DNA of 64,000 nucleotides from Candidatus Magasanikiibacteriota bacterium (GCA_049287025.1 JBAQFA010000009.1:24802-88801), one strand, 5' to 3'. Counted from the stretch's first letter, positions 37,205 through 48,228 are shown. Translations and numbers: made by a program. The notes: a model not told the origin generated them from the sequence alone.

Positions 37205-37753
37205 ATGTCAGAAGAAAACAATCTTGAAGAAAAAAAAGAAGAAATTATAGTTCCACCAGTCGTGGTAGCTACAGAACAAAAAGTAGAGGAGAAAATTAAA
37301 AGTGGTGGTTTTTTAAATAGCGGTTGGTGGCCGTTTTTTAGTTGGTTATTATTTTTTGGAATTTTTTGGGGAGTATTTATTTATTTAAAACCAGTGGCCA
37401 GTGATATTGTAAATAGTAAGGCCTTGGAAATTTTTACAAAATATAGCCAATATGTCGGTGTCGTGTTTGGTTTATTATCCATGGTGATTATTTATATTTT
37501 ATTTGGTTTAAAAAAATTGATTTTAAAAGCCAGATTAAATTTTATTAATGCGATAATTTTGGCTTTGGCTTATTTACCTTGGTATTTATTTGCGCGATAT
37601 TTAATTTTATACGAAAAACGCTATACTGATATTGGTCGCGGAGTAATTACGTATGTGGCTGGACCATTAAAAATGGCAGTACTGGTTGTGTTCGTGTTGG
37701 CCGGGGTGTGGTTGATTATTAGTTTGTTATTAAATTTAAAAAAAAGTAAATAA
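37205..37753 (+). CDS. Hypothetical membrane protein (4 TM segments)
   Basis: Hydrophobic segments; no recognisable motif. Confidence 0.5.
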   Translation: MSEENNLEEKKEEIIVPPVVVATEQKVEEKIKSGGFLNSGWWPFFSWLLFFGIFWGVFIYLKPVASDIVNSKALEIFTKYSQYVGVVFGLLSMVIIYILFGLKKLILKARLNFINAIILALAYLPWYLFARYLILYEKRYTDIGRGVITYVAGPLKMAVLVVFVLAGVWLIISLLLNLKKSK

Positions 37754-37754
37754 T

Positions 37755-39149
37755 ATGAAAAAAATATTTTTATATACCTTCATAATTATTGCGCCATTAT
37801 TTTTAACGGGGTGTGTAGGAGATTTACAATCACTGTTGTGTGATTTTTTACCAGATTCTGATCATTGTTTTCAATCGGCCGCGATTCAAGAAGGGCAAGT
37901 AGAAGAATGTGAAAAAGTATCAGGTGAAAATTTTAAAGACACTGGTTCTAATCCACCACGCGACAAATGTTATTTATTAATTGCTGAAAATACGGGCAAT
38001 CTTGATGCTTGTAAACAAATAAAAGGCGGACCAATGTCGTATACTCAAGAGGAATGTATCTTGGGTGCGAGTATAAAGAATGAAGATCCAGCTGGGTGTA
38101 AAATGTTGACTGGTTCTGCGGCGGCACAGTGTAGAAAAGAGCTTGGGGTTAAAATTGATGCTGTCAAAGTAATTGAAGTAGACAAACAAATTGAAGAAAT
38201 AAAAAATTATTTGAAAGATGGTTCGGATCCAGATTTGGAAAAACAACTTAAAGGTTTGGAACAAAGACGCGAAGATATGTTGGGGGTGTTAACCAAGGCC
38301 AATAAGGATGAGTATGAAAAATTATCAGACCCGATTAGTCAAGAAATAATTGGGGACTTTGCCGTGGGTGATATTGACTCAGCGACTAAAAATAAATTAT
38401 TAGAATTTAACAAAAAATTAAAAGATAGTGGGGTGAAAATGAGCACTGAACAATATGAATCTATTCGCGATTATTTGGCTTATGTAAATAATCCAGATAA
38501 TGATATTGAAAATATGGATGGTAGTGGTATGACGAAAGATCGTTGGAATGAAAAAGTGGGGAATGCGGTAGACAAATTAAAATTTTGGAAAACTAATCCC
38601 AGTGAAGCCGAGAAGGGTTGGGATGAACAATTGCGTTTTTATGAAAGAATGCTAGAAAGACAGGCTGCTATAAATCAAGGTATGACAGAGTTGCAGGAAG
38701 ATTTTAATCGTAATATGGGTATGGTGTATGACGCGGCTGGAAATAAAATAGTGGATGTGGCCAAGGATGCTTTTATTGAAAAGTTTTTTGGAGAAATTAC
38801 GGGCAAGACTGTAGGTTGGACAACAATGGTTGTGGGAGAAGCGATTGATACGGTGAAGGCCGAAGCCAAATCAATGGAATTTCGTGGTTTAGCCAGAGCC
38901 TATGATTTGGGCATGGCTGAAGAAGTTGGTAAATTTGGTGGTGATGTAGAAAAAGCTCATGCGGAAGTGGTAAAGAAAATGATGGCTAATCCATATGAAT
39001 ACGAAGATGGCAATCCTTATGCCAAATATGGTAATATTTTGGAAAACAAAGATTGTGATGGATCAAATCCTCATTGTGTGAATAAAGAAGTGTTTTGGAA
39101 AGCTATGAAGAAATCATATAAATATCAACATCAGAGTAGTGGTAGTTAA
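37755..39149 (+). CDS. Lipoprotein, Cys-rich N-terminal region, unknown function
   Basis: Lipobox LFLTGC; 464 aa; coiled-coil-rich C-terminal half. Confidence 0.6.
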   Translation: MKKIFLYTFIIIAPLFLTGCVGDLQSLLCDFLPDSDHCFQSAAIQEGQVEECEKVSGENFKDTGSNPPRDKCYLLIAENTGNLDACKQIKGGPMSYTQEECILGASIKNEDPAGCKMLTGSAAAQCRKELGVKIDAVKVIEVDKQIEEIKNYLKDGSDPDLEKQLKGLEQRREDMLGVLTKANKDEYEKLSDPISQEIIGDFAVGDIDSATKNKLLEFNKKLKDSGVKMSTEQYESIRDYLAYVNNPDNDIENMDGSGMTKDRWNEKVGNAVDKLKFWKTNPSEAEKGWDEQLRFYERMLERQAAINQGMTELQEDFNRNMGMVYDAAGNKIVDVAKDAFIEKFFGEITGKTVGWTTMVVGEAIDTVKAEAKSMEFRGLARAYDLGMAEEVGKFGGDVEKAHAEVVKKMMANPYEYEDGNPYAKYGNILENKDCDGSNPHCVNKEVFWKAMKKSYKYQHQSSGS

Positions 39150-39279
39150 TTACCCAAACTTGACAATTAGCCTAGAATAATATATAATCCGAGCAATCTT
39201 AAATTATGGTTCTCAGCTGTAATTTAGGAAGGCTCTCAAATAATTAAAATTTATAATTTAAAATTGAAAATTTACAAGT

Positions 39280-39540
39280 ATGCCTAATAAACAATCAGCC
39301 AAAAAGGCTTTACGTCAAACAAAAAAGAGAACAGAATTGAATCTTAAAGTAAAAGATACTTATAAGAAAGCAGTCAAAACTATTAACAAAGCAGTGGAAG
39401 CTGGAGAAAAAGAATTGAAAGAACAATTGAGATTAGCGCAAAAAGCTCTTGATAAAGCAGCTAAACGTGGAGTGATTAAGAAAAATACCGCTGGTCGGAA
39501 ATTGAGTCGTTTGGCAAAGAAGGTAAAGAATGTAAAATAA
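39280..39540 (+). CDS. rpsT: 30S ribosomal protein S20
   Basis: MPNKQSAKKALRQTKKRTELNLKVK...; 86 aa basic. Confidence 0.9.
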   Translation: MPNKQSAKKALRQTKKRTELNLKVKDTYKKAVKTINKAVEAGEKELKEQLRLAQKALDKAAKRGVIKKNTAGRKLSRLAKKVKNVK

Positions 39541-39546
39541 AACATT

Positions 39547-39590
39547 AAAAAACAGTAGAGCCGTAGCAATGCTACGGCTCTACTGTTTTT
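39547..39590. terminator. Strong bidirectional terminator (17-bp perfect stem)
   Basis: aaaaacagtagagccgtagca a tgctacggctctactgtttttt. Confidence 0.8.
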
Positions 39591-39602
39591 TAAATGGTTT
39601 GA

Positions 39603-40574
39603 TTAAATAGATAATCTTCCAACAAACAAATCTAATAATAAGTCTGCCTGACCCTGACCAGTTTTTATTTTTTTATCAAAATCTAATAGAGACTGGTAAA
39701 TATTTTTTAGGGTTTGAAGATTATATTTTTTTACAAATGGCAGAGATTTTTTTACTACAAACGGATGCAATTCTAATTTACTGGCCATAATATTGCTACC
39801 AATATTATCCTCGCGGTCAAACAAATCACGCATTTCCAAAAGAATTCTAAACTGACGTAAGACCATAGAAAAAACATAATGGGGATCTTTGCCAATTTTG
39901 TATTGCTCGCGAATCATTTTGTAAACTTGCTTGGATTGGCCAGCGACAATTGCATCTACTAGATTAAATATATTGTCATCAGCACTGGCTTCTAAAAATA
40001 AGTTGACATCTTCAGTTTGAATTTCTTCATTACCTTTGTAAGCTAGCAGTTGTTCAATTAGAGAATTTATTAGCCAAATGTCGCCTTTGGTATTTTGGAC
40101 TAAGAGTTGCAAAGCATGAGAACTGATTTTTCCATTTTTTTCTTTAATTTCAGTGTCAATCCAGGCAGATAATTTGGCGCCAATAAGAGCAGGAAATTCT
40201 TGAGCATATTTTTCTTTTTCTAAACGTTCATAAAATTCCTTGGCCACTTTAGTTTTTGGTTTGCCTTCACCTTCCCAAAAAATATAAACATTATCTTCGG
40301 GTAAGTTTTTTTCTTCCACTCGTTTGAGAATTTGTTCTTGTAGATCACCTTTTTTGGTAGCCGATAACAAATTTTCTAATACTACCATACGTTTTTCGGC
40401 CAAGAATGGCATGGACAAAATTTGTTCCATAATCAAACCCGGTTCTTCTTTTTCACAATCCAAAATTGTCACATTCAAACCTTGGGGGTCGCGATCAATT
40501 TTAAATTTTTCAATCATTTTTTTTAATTGTTTGCGACTGCGAAAAGTGTCAGCGCCGTACAAGAAGATTATCAT
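39603..40574 (-). CDS. holA: DNA polymerase III delta subunit
   Basis: 323 aa; MIIFLYGADTFRSRKQLKKMIEKFK... delta N-terminal domain pattern. Confidence 0.75.
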   Translation of the reverse strand: MIIFLYGADTFRSRKQLKKMIEKFKIDRDPQGLNVTILDCEKEEPGLIMEQILSMPFLAEKRMVVLENLLSATKKGDLQEQILKRVEEKNLPEDNVYIFWEGEGKPKTKVAKEFYERLEKEKYAQEFPALIGAKLSAWIDTEIKEKNGKISSHALQLLVQNTKGDIWLINSLIEQLLAYKGNEEIQTEDVNLFLEASADDNIFNLVDAIVAGQSKQVYKMIREQYKIGKDPHYVFSMVLRQFRILLEMRDLFDREDNIGSNIMASKLELHPFVVKKSLPFVKKYNLQTLKNIYQSLLDFDKKIKTGQGQADLLLDLFVGRLSI

Positions 40575-40753
40575 ATTTTTTTTGTAATCCCGATCCCGAC
40601 TAAGTCGGGAGAGGGATCCCTTTTTAATGCATTTTAACTTGTAATATAAAGAATTTTATTTAGTTAGATGTTTTTTGTTTTGAAAAGGGATTCTTCACTT
40701 CCTCTTCCACTTCATTTCACTCAGTGTCAGAGTCCGTTCAGAATGACAGACGG

Positions 40754-43429
40754 TTATTTAAGTTCTCCCCACCTAGTACCAATATCCACATGGACTTCGA
40801 CTGGGACATTTAATTTTACCACATTTTCCATAGCTTCTTTTACAATTTTACCTACATCTTCAGCCAAACTTTTTTCTACTTCCAAAACAATTTCATCATG
40901 AACTTGTAATATCATTTTTACCTTGTCTTTGGGAAACTGTGTACTTTGAGCGGTTAACTGTGAATCAATTTCTATCATGGCCATTTTCATCAAATCAGCG
41001 GCTGTACCCTGGATAGGCATATTAATAGCCATGCGTTCGCCAGCATTTCGCAATTGAAAATTATCTGATTGTAATTCTGGTACGTATCTTTTTCTGCCAA
41101 ACAAAGTCTCTACATAACCATCTTTATGAGCAAGTTTTAGAGTATCATCAAGATATTTTTTTACACCACTAAAATTTTCAAAATATTTTTTTATAAAATC
41201 TTTGGCTTCCCAATTGGTAATACCAGTCCGAGAAGCGAGACCAAACGCACCCATACCATAGAGAACACCAAAATTTACTTCCTTTGCTGCTCTCCTCATT
41301 TCTTTGGTCACTTTTTCCAGTTTAACTCCGTTGATAACAGCGGCGGTGGCAGTATGAATATCTTTGTTTTGTTTGAAAATTTCAATCATTTTTTCATCTC
41401 TGGCGAGTGAAGCCACAATACGAAGTTCAATTTGAGAATAATCAGCCACGACCAAGACATTGCCAGGCTCAGCAATAAAAGCATTGCGAATTTCTTTGCC
41501 AAGTTCGGTTCTAATCGGAATGTTTTGCAAATTTGGATCAGAACTAGATAGTCTGCCAGTAGTAGTGACAGCTTGATTAAAAGTAGTGTGGATGCGATTA
41601 GTTTTTGGATTGATTAATTTTGGTAAAACATCTACATAAGTACTCTGTAATTTGGCTAACTCGCGATGTTCACGAATCATATCAATAATGGGATGGATAC
41701 CAGATAATTTATCTAGTTCTGACTCGGCTGTGGAATAACCAGTCTTACCTTTTTTTATACCCTCAGCCGGTAGGCCCATTTTTTCAAACAAAATATCTCT
41801 GAGTTGAGTTGATGAGGCGACATTGAATTCTTCGCCAGCTTCCTTATAGATTTTTTTGGTGACTTTATCAATCGCTTTGGCCACGTCTTTGGAAAGTTGA
41901 TTTAAAACCGGGACATCAACGGCTATACCATTTAATTCCATGTCTGCTAATATGGGAATTAGTTTCATTTCTACGTTGTTAAATAAACCAATGTCACTTT
42001 CTTCTTCTAAAGCTTTTTTTTGTTTAGAATAAATTTGTAAAATAATATCTAGCTCTCTAGCTACTAGATTTGGATCCACTCCAAACAAACTGCTTTGGTC
42101 TGAACCAGTCGGTAAATCAATCCCAAGTTCACGTAGAGCAATGGAACGTAAATCATGATTGCGGTTGCTGGAGTTGATTAGATAGGAGGCGATCATGACA
42201 TCGAACAACACAGAAAACACATCAACAGAACAACACCTCAACACTTTAACCAATTGCTTCAAATCATGTCCAACTATAATTTTATTTTTATCTTGAAAAA
42301 TTTTAAAAATATCTCTGCTTGGTTTTTCTATATAATAATTATTTTTGGCAGTAGAAAAAACTATACCAACCAATTCTCCATCCAGAATATTTTTTCCATT
42401 CAAGACCTCTTTACAAGCAATAATATTTTCGTTTTCTAATTCTTTAATTATATTCTCAATATTATTCTTGTCAGCAACTACAAGCTTCTTGGCTTTTGTT
42501 TTTTTTATGTTGGTCTGTTGTTCTGTTGACGTGTCTTTTTGTGTATATCCAGGAATCCTTTTTAACATGGAAAAGAACTCAAACTTTTTGAATAAGTCAG
42601 CTACAGTATTGATATCAAATTCATGAGTAATACAGTTTTCTAATTTAAAATCTAGATCAGGGACGTCGCGGATAATTGTAGCTAATTCATGGCTCATAAA
42701 GGCGTTTGTTTCGTCTTCTTCTAATTTTTTTACCACACCAGGTTTTAGAGTGGAATCTTCTTTATAATTTTTGTAAATTTCATTTATTCCACCAAATTTG
42801 GTAATAAGTTCAACCGCGGTTTTTTCACCAATGCCATTAACCCCAGGGATATTATCTGAAGTGTCTCCGCGCAAAGCTTTATAATCTACAATTCTTTCCG
42901 GTCCAAAGCCATATTTTTTCTTTACTTCTTCACTGTCATACATAACAATGTCGCTCATACCTTTTCTCAAAGCATATACCTTTGTATTTTTACCAACAAT
43001 TTGTAACAAGTCCATGTCGCCAGTGACCACAATGTTTTCTATATCTGGATTTTTGTTTTCCAGGATTTTTGTAACCGTGCCTATTACATCATCAGCTTCA
43101 TAGCCTGGTTTAACATAAATAGGGATATTAAAAGCCTCAACGATTTTATAACAAAGCGGAATTTGGTCGTAAAGTTCTTGATCAGCTCTGACACGAGTTG
43201 CTTTATAATCTTTGTAAACCTTGTCACGAAAAGTGCCACCAGCCACATCAAAACTAACCGCGATATAATCTGGTTTCAAATCAGCCATGACTTTTAGAAG
43301 CATGGAAGTAAAACCATAAACAGCGTTGATCATAGTACCATCTTTGGCAGTCAATGGTGGTAGGGCGTGATAAGCACGGTGGACTATGGCGTTGCCGTCT
43401 ATTATTACAAATTTTTTTTCTCCGGACAT
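40754..43429 (-). CDS. polA: DNA polymerase I
   Basis: 891 aa; 5'-3' exonuclease N-terminus (FVIIDGNAIVHRAYHALPPL), family A polymerase C-terminal motifs. Confidence 0.95.
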   Translation of the reverse strand: MSGEKKFVIIDGNAIVHRAYHALPPLTAKDGTMINAVYGFTSMLLKVMADLKPDYIAVSFDVAGGTFRDKVYKDYKATRVRADQELYDQIPLCYKIVEAFNIPIYVKPGYEADDVIGTVTKILENKNPDIENIVVTGDMDLLQIVGKNTKVYALRKGMSDIVMYDSEEVKKKYGFGPERIVDYKALRGDTSDNIPGVNGIGEKTAVELITKFGGINEIYKNYKEDSTLKPGVVKKLEEDETNAFMSHELATIIRDVPDLDFKLENCITHEFDINTVADLFKKFEFFSMLKRIPGYTQKDTSTEQQTNIKKTKAKKLVVADKNNIENIIKELENENIIACKEVLNGKNILDGELVGIVFSTAKNNYYIEKPSRDIFKIFQDKNKIIVGHDLKQLVKVLRCCSVDVFSVLFDVMIASYLINSSNRNHDLRSIALRELGIDLPTGSDQSSLFGVDPNLVARELDIILQIYSKQKKALEEESDIGLFNNVEMKLIPILADMELNGIAVDVPVLNQLSKDVAKAIDKVTKKIYKEAGEEFNVASSTQLRDILFEKMGLPAEGIKKGKTGYSTAESELDKLSGIHPIIDMIREHRELAKLQSTYVDVLPKLINPKTNRIHTTFNQAVTTTGRLSSSDPNLQNIPIRTELGKEIRNAFIAEPGNVLVVADYSQIELRIVASLARDEKMIEIFKQNKDIHTATAAVINGVKLEKVTKEMRRAAKEVNFGVLYGMGAFGLASRTGITNWEAKDFIKKYFENFSGVKKYLDDTLKLAHKDGYVETLFGRKRYVPELQSDNFQLRNAGERMAINMPIQGTAADLMKMAMIEIDSQLTAQSTQFPKDKVKMILQVHDEIVLEVEKSLAEDVGKIVKEAMENVVKLNVPVEVHVDIGTRWGELK

Positions 43430-43616
43430 AAGAAGTAAGACTTAGGACATAGGATTATTATGGGAGTATTGTAGCATTAAAAGAGTAAGGAATAAAGAGT
43501 AAGGAATAAGGAATAAAAATTAAAGGCTTACTGGGCTCACAAAGCTGACAAGGCTTACTAAAATTAAACTAAAATGTGATATAAATTTAACAAAAATCCG
43601 CCGAAGAGGCGGATTG

Positions 43617-43688
43617 AGGTACCGGTGGGAATCGCACCCACGCATAGAGGTTTTGCAGACCTCTGCCTTACTGCTTGGCTACGGTACC
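43617..43688 (-). tRNA. tRNA-Cys (anticodon GCA)
   Basis: Reverse strand GGTACCG...CGGTACC acceptor, anticodon loop CUGCAAA, T-arm GGGTGCGATTCCCAC; preceded by hairpin terminator 43596-43616. Confidence 0.75.
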
Positions 43689-43796
43689 GTATGTAAATTT
43701 TCAAAATGATTATAACAGGGTTTGTATTTTTTTTCAAGGGGTTAAAAACCCGCCTGTTGGCGGGTTGTTTAATGTTATTTGTTATCTGAATTCTGA

Positions 43797-44390
43797 TTAG
43801 AAGATTTCCATTTCAATTCTTTTCACGCCAAATTGTTTGGCTTCACTATATTCTGGTAACCAGACATCAACACGACCATGGCCATAGCGGGCGTTCATTC
43901 TATCGCGAACAATAAAAATTTTGTCGCCATAGATTTCAGGAAATTTGACCTGAGTACCCATAGGTAGGAAGTTGGCAGCAATTGTATTGCCAAAACCCTG
44001 TTCTTCGTATTGTTTACACAAATTATGACCATTGGCAGTAATACAAGGAGTTGAGTCAGTTTGTCCAACCAAACTATTATAAGCAGTGGCGACGACTTCT
44101 ACTGTTTTTACTGGTTTTTTGTCTTCAGCTATTGGAAAATTGACTGGTTCAGTAGAAGTATCAGACCTGAATATATCTATAAAAGGAGTAAGAATAGATT
44201 GAGCTTCTACAGTTTGAATAGGTAAAGCAGAGACAAAGACTGATATAGCTACCGCCACGGAGATTGACATCTTCAAAGTCTTATGATAAATTGTACTTTT
44301 GAAAATATTCATACTTGGATTAAAAAATCCTGAGGTTAACTCAGGAATTGAATTACGCGATATATTACCATGTTTTTGGTTATTTGTCAA
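43797..44390 (-). CDS. 3D-domain protein (cell-wall associated, MltA/YabE-like 3D domain)
   Basis: Signal anchor; C-terminal VVATAYN...GHGRVDVWL 3D-domain pattern. Confidence 0.6.
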   Translation of the reverse strand: MTNNQKHGNISRNSIPELTSGFFNPSMNIFKSTIYHKTLKMSISVAVAISVFVSALPIQTVEAQSILTPFIDIFRSDTSTEPVNFPIAEDKKPVKTVEVVATAYNSLVGQTDSTPCITANGHNLCKQYEEQGFGNTIAANFLPMGTQVKFPEIYGDKIFIVRDRMNARYGHGRVDVWLPEYSEAKQFGVKRIEMEIF

Positions 44391-44488
44391 CCCTATGAAT
44401 GGTGGGGTAAAATGTGGTATAATGTATTTAGACTTGTTTTTTTGCTAAAATAAGGTAAATTTATCATAAAAAGTTATACACACTAATT

Positions 44489-47476
44489 ATGTCTGAAATC
44501 AAACCAAAACGTCGAGTTTATGGTTATACCAATAATCATGATGAAAAAATTAACAAAATAGTTCATGGTTATAACAAACCTGTACAGACTAAAATTAATC
44601 ATCCTAATAATAAAAAATGGCTAAAAATAGCAGTTTTACCTTTTCTTGTTATTGGATGGATATTCAAATTTTTGTGGTTTTTGTGGACAAAAAGACCAAG
44701 ATTGTCTCAATCAATAAAGAAAAAACTGCGCGCTAAATTGGGCTGGGTGATTTTAACATGTATAGTAATAGGATTTTTATTAGCGACTATTTTGGTAGCT
44801 TGGGCAAGTAAAGATTTACCTGACCCAGACAAATTGACCGACAGAAAAGTGGCCCAGAGTACCAAAATTTATGATCGAACGGGGGAACATATCCTCTATG
44901 AGGTGTTTGCTGATCAAAAAAGAACCATGGTGACATTGGATAAGATTCCTAAAAATTTAGTTAATGGTGTAATTGCTACTGAAGACAGTCAATTTTATGA
45001 GCACCATGGCGTTAGAATTACTAGTTTTATTCGCGCAGTTGTATACGGTGTGTTTACTAGCAAACAAATTGGTGGGACTTCTACTCTTACTCAACAATTG
45101 GTAAAGAACGCGATTTTAACCACAGAAAGAAGTTATATAAGAAAGTTAAAAGAAATAATTTTGTCTTTGCGTTTGGAACAAAAATATAGTAAAGACCAAA
45201 TTTTACAGATTTATTTTAATGAAATTCCTTATGGTTCTACCAACTATGGTGTACAGTCAGCGGCGCATAGTTATTTTGGTAAAGATGTTTCAGAATTAAA
45301 TCTCCAAGAATGTGCTACTTTGGCTGGTTTGCCACAAGCCCCCTCTCGTTTTCTTGGTGATCCAGAAGCTTTAAAACAACGTCGAGATTTTGTTTTGGGT
45401 AGAATGTTTGCCGAAGGCTATATTACCGAAGAAGAAAAAAACAAGGCTCAAGCTGAACCAATAACTTTGGAAAAAAGATTTGGAGAAATTAAAGCGCCAC
45501 ATTTTGTTTTGTATGTACGTCAACAATTGGTAGATATGTATGGTGAACAGACCGTAGATACTGGTGGATTAAAAGTTTATACCACTTTGGATTGGGGAAA
45601 ACAAGAATCAGCCGAAAAAGCGGTGAAAGAACAATCAGAAAAATTATTTGAAGCGGCTAAAGCTAATAATGCGTCTTTGGTAGCACTAGATCCAAAGACT
45701 GGTCAAGTATTGGCCATGGTGGGCTCGCGTGATTTTTATGATGACAGTATTAGTGGACAGTTCAATGTTGCCACTTTGGGCAAGCGTCAGCCTGGGTCTT
45801 CATTCAAACCAATTATTTATACGGCCGCTTTTGAAAAAGGTTATACTCCAGATACTTTGTTGTGGGATGTAAAAACTAATTTTGCGGTGTCAGGTAATTC
45901 TTATGAACCACAAAATTATGATTTGAAAGAACGTGGACCAGTGAGAATGCGCGAAGCTTTGCAAGGTTCTTTGAACATCCCCGCTGTTCAAACCTTATAT
46001 TTAGTTGGCGCAAAAAAAGGCGTAGAGTTTGCCGAACGATTGGGTTACACCACCCTTAGTGAAGGTGAATTTGGTTTGTCTCTAGTCTTGGGTGGTGGTG
46101 AAGTAAAATTGATTGAACATACCAATGCTTTTGCTGTGTTTGCTAATAATGGTGTAAAACAGAATTATAATAGTATTATGAAAGTGGAGGACAATGACGG
46201 AGGAATTTTGTATGAATGGAAACAAAAAAAAGGTGAGCGGATTTTGGATGAAAAAATTTCAGCGACAATTTCTAATGTACTTAGTGATGATGAAGCTAGA
46301 GCATCTGTTTTTGGTGCGGGCGGAGTTCTTACTTTACCCGATAGAAAAGTAGCCGTAAAAACTGGTACGACAAATAACTATGTGGATGCTTGGACAGTTG
46401 GGTATACGCCAAATTTGGTTGCCGGAGTTTGGGTGGGTAGAACAGACAATAAACCAATGAATAAAGGTGATGGTGGTAGTAGATTGGCGGCGCCGATTTG
46501 GAAACAATTTATGGTGGATGCTTTGAAAGATATGCCTATAGAAAATTTTCCTGACATGCCAGCCAATGATGCCCAAAAACCAATTTTGCGTGGTTCAATT
46601 GGCGGGGGTATTACTTTGCCGATTGATAAAATTACGGGCAAGATTGCCACTAGTTCAACACCACAACAATATATTGTAGAGAGAAAATATTTACCAGCTC
46701 ATTCTATACTATATTATGTAAATAAAGATGACCCACGCGGAGATCCACCACAAAACCCTAGTGATGATCCACAATATGCCATTTGGGAACAGGCAATTCA
46801 AGATTGGGTAGCGAGAAAAAAAGCTGAGAATCCAGATTGGAGTATTAGTTTTGAAGAACCACCGACTGAATATGATGATCTTCATTCTTTGGAACAAGCG
46901 CCGACTTTGGAAATTATTTATCCACAAGTTAGTAGCACACTTTATTCTCGACAATTGGATACAGATATACGAGCGACAGCGGAGCGCGGAGTAAGTAAAG
47001 TGAGTTATAAAATTGATGATAAAAATATTGCCACGATAAAAGATTATCCATTTAATCTTAGTTATAATTTGCGCGAGTTTGCCCCGGGTTGGCATACTTT
47101 GACTGTGACAGTGGAAGATGATATTGGTAATCGACGACAAGAACAGGTGCCATTCAATCTAGATGCCGAAGAAGAACCACCAGCAATTTATTTTTCTGAA
47201 AAAGATATAACACTCCAGGCCAGTGATTTTCCTCGGACATTTTTTATGAACCATTTTCGGATTAATGAAATTAGCGCCGTGGCAATTTACAAAAGACAAA
47301 ATGACAATAATACTCTGATTGCTAGTGTAAATGATTTTTCTAATTTGTTTAATAATCAAGTAATGTTTAGATGGGACGAAACGCCAGCGCCAGGGGAGTA
47401 TGAATTAATTGCGGAAATAAAATTGAAAGATGGAAGTGTGAGGGAGAGTGGAAGACTCCACGTTGTTATTGAATAA
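44489..47476 (+). CDS. Class A penicillin-binding protein (transglycosylase/transpeptidase) with long C-terminal extension
   Basis: GT51 motifs EDSQFYEHHGV, RKLKE; transpeptidase SxxK/SxN/KTG(T) motifs. Confidence 0.9.
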   Translation: MSEIKPKRRVYGYTNNHDEKINKIVHGYNKPVQTKINHPNNKKWLKIAVLPFLVIGWIFKFLWFLWTKRPRLSQSIKKKLRAKLGWVILTCIVIGFLLATILVAWASKDLPDPDKLTDRKVAQSTKIYDRTGEHILYEVFADQKRTMVTLDKIPKNLVNGVIATEDSQFYEHHGVRITSFIRAVVYGVFTSKQIGGTSTLTQQLVKNAILTTERSYIRKLKEIILSLRLEQKYSKDQILQIYFNEIPYGSTNYGVQSAAHSYFGKDVSELNLQECATLAGLPQAPSRFLGDPEALKQRRDFVLGRMFAEGYITEEEKNKAQAEPITLEKRFGEIKAPHFVLYVRQQLVDMYGEQTVDTGGLKVYTTLDWGKQESAEKAVKEQSEKLFEAAKANNASLVALDPKTGQVLAMVGSRDFYDDSISGQFNVATLGKRQPGSSFKPIIYTAAFEKGYTPDTLLWDVKTNFAVSGNSYEPQNYDLKERGPVRMREALQGSLNIPAVQTLYLVGAKKGVEFAERLGYTTLSEGEFGLSLVLGGGEVKLIEHTNAFAVFANNGVKQNYNSIMKVEDNDGGILYEWKQKKGERILDEKISATISNVLSDDEARASVFGAGGVLTLPDRKVAVKTGTTNNYVDAWTVGYTPNLVAGVWVGRTDNKPMNKGDGGSRLAAPIWKQFMVDALKDMPIENFPDMPANDAQKPILRGSIGGGITLPIDKITGKIATSSTPQQYIVERKYLPAHSILYYVNKDDPRGDPPQNPSDDPQYAIWEQAIQDWVARKKAENPDWSISFEEPPTEYDDLHSLEQAPTLEIIYPQVSSTLYSRQLDTDIRATAERGVSKVSYKIDDKNIATIKDYPFNLSYNLREFAPGWHTLTVTVEDDIGNRRQEQVPFNLDAEEEPPAIYFSEKDITLQASDFPRTFFMNHFRINEISAVAIYKRQNDNNTLIASVNDFSNLFNNQVMFRWDETPAPGEYELIAEIKLKDGSVRESGRLHVVIE

Positions 47477-47596
47477 TTTTTGGTTTGATGACTGTTTACG
47501 TACTAATTACGAAACTTACGAATCTACGAAACTACCATTGTTAAATTGCCACATTGTTAAATTGTTAATGATACACACAGAAGAAAGTCTGTTAAT

Positions 47597-47625
47597 GTAA
47601 ATTTTACGGAAATTAAACAAAAAAT
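47597..47625 (+). repeat. 28-bp direct repeat, left flank of TrmB+cargo module D
   Basis: gtaaattttacggaaattaaacaaaaaat; partner at 49777-49806. Confidence 0.75.
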
Positions 47626-47676
47626 CCCTTCCTAAATGGTTGGGATTTTTTTGTCTCGTTTGTCGACAAGTCGAGA

Positions 47677-47702
47677 TGCCGAGCTCACGCGCCGGCCTAC
47701 GC
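47677..47702 (-). repeat. Cassette 3' core motif, reverse-strand copy after cassette D1
   Basis: Revcomp reads ctatggattaaatag GCGTAGGCCGGCGCGTGAGCTCGGCA; the upstream 15 nt also match the copy at 33321. Confidence 0.8.
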
Positions 47703-47784
47703 CTATTTAATCCATAGATGGAGTGCCACTTTTGAATGTGTGTGGCGCACAGTGAAGAGGTGTGGAACAAGCCGGCCATGTTTA

Positions 47785-48228
47785 TCAGATTTTGAATTCC
47801 TGATAAATCCTGGCCAGCACCTTTGCAGCCGTATGAACTCGTTCCAGGATGTTCGTGAGTGCGTCGGAGAATTCGTGCCACTCCCAGACAGTCTCTTCCC
47901 CGTCACTTTTCAGGTTGTAGCTACCCATCATGGCGGCAAACACTTGGTAGGCGTTAACGCTTCGGCCTGTTTTTTCCCCACGCAGTATACTGCCGTGTAT
48001 GTGTTGCGCGTAGTTTTCAAGCCACTCAACCAAATCTTCGTTCCCCTCTATTTTCTGTAGAAGCTGGTCTGCGATTTGATCAACGCTTTCCTTACAACAC
48101 TCTTCATCTGCGTCAAGTCGTAAGTACAGGCAAACGATGGCGATCAGATTGGGTGGAAGGTCATAGCATCCCTCAGGATAAGTCCTGAGCATAGGCTCGC
48201 CTTCTCCCCAGCTAGAAAGGTAGAGCAT
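47785..48228 (-). CDS. GC-rich hypothetical protein (cassette D1)
   Basis: RBS aaggaggtga + ATG at 48228; 147 aa acidic protein; about 55% GC. Confidence 0.55.
   Translation of the reverse strand: MLYLSSWGEGEPMLRTYPEGCYDLPPNLIAIVCLYLRLDADEECCKESVDQIADQLLQKIEGNEDLVEWLENYAQHIHGSILRGEKTGRSVNAYQVFAAMMGSYNLKSDGEETVWEWHEFSDALTNILERVHTAAKVLARIYQEFKI

Noticed and set aside
40668-42626. ORFs 40668-40901(+), 42254-42439(+), 42345-42626(+)
   Set aside because: Antisense to polA. The first begins inside the small repeat copy at 40681-40752.
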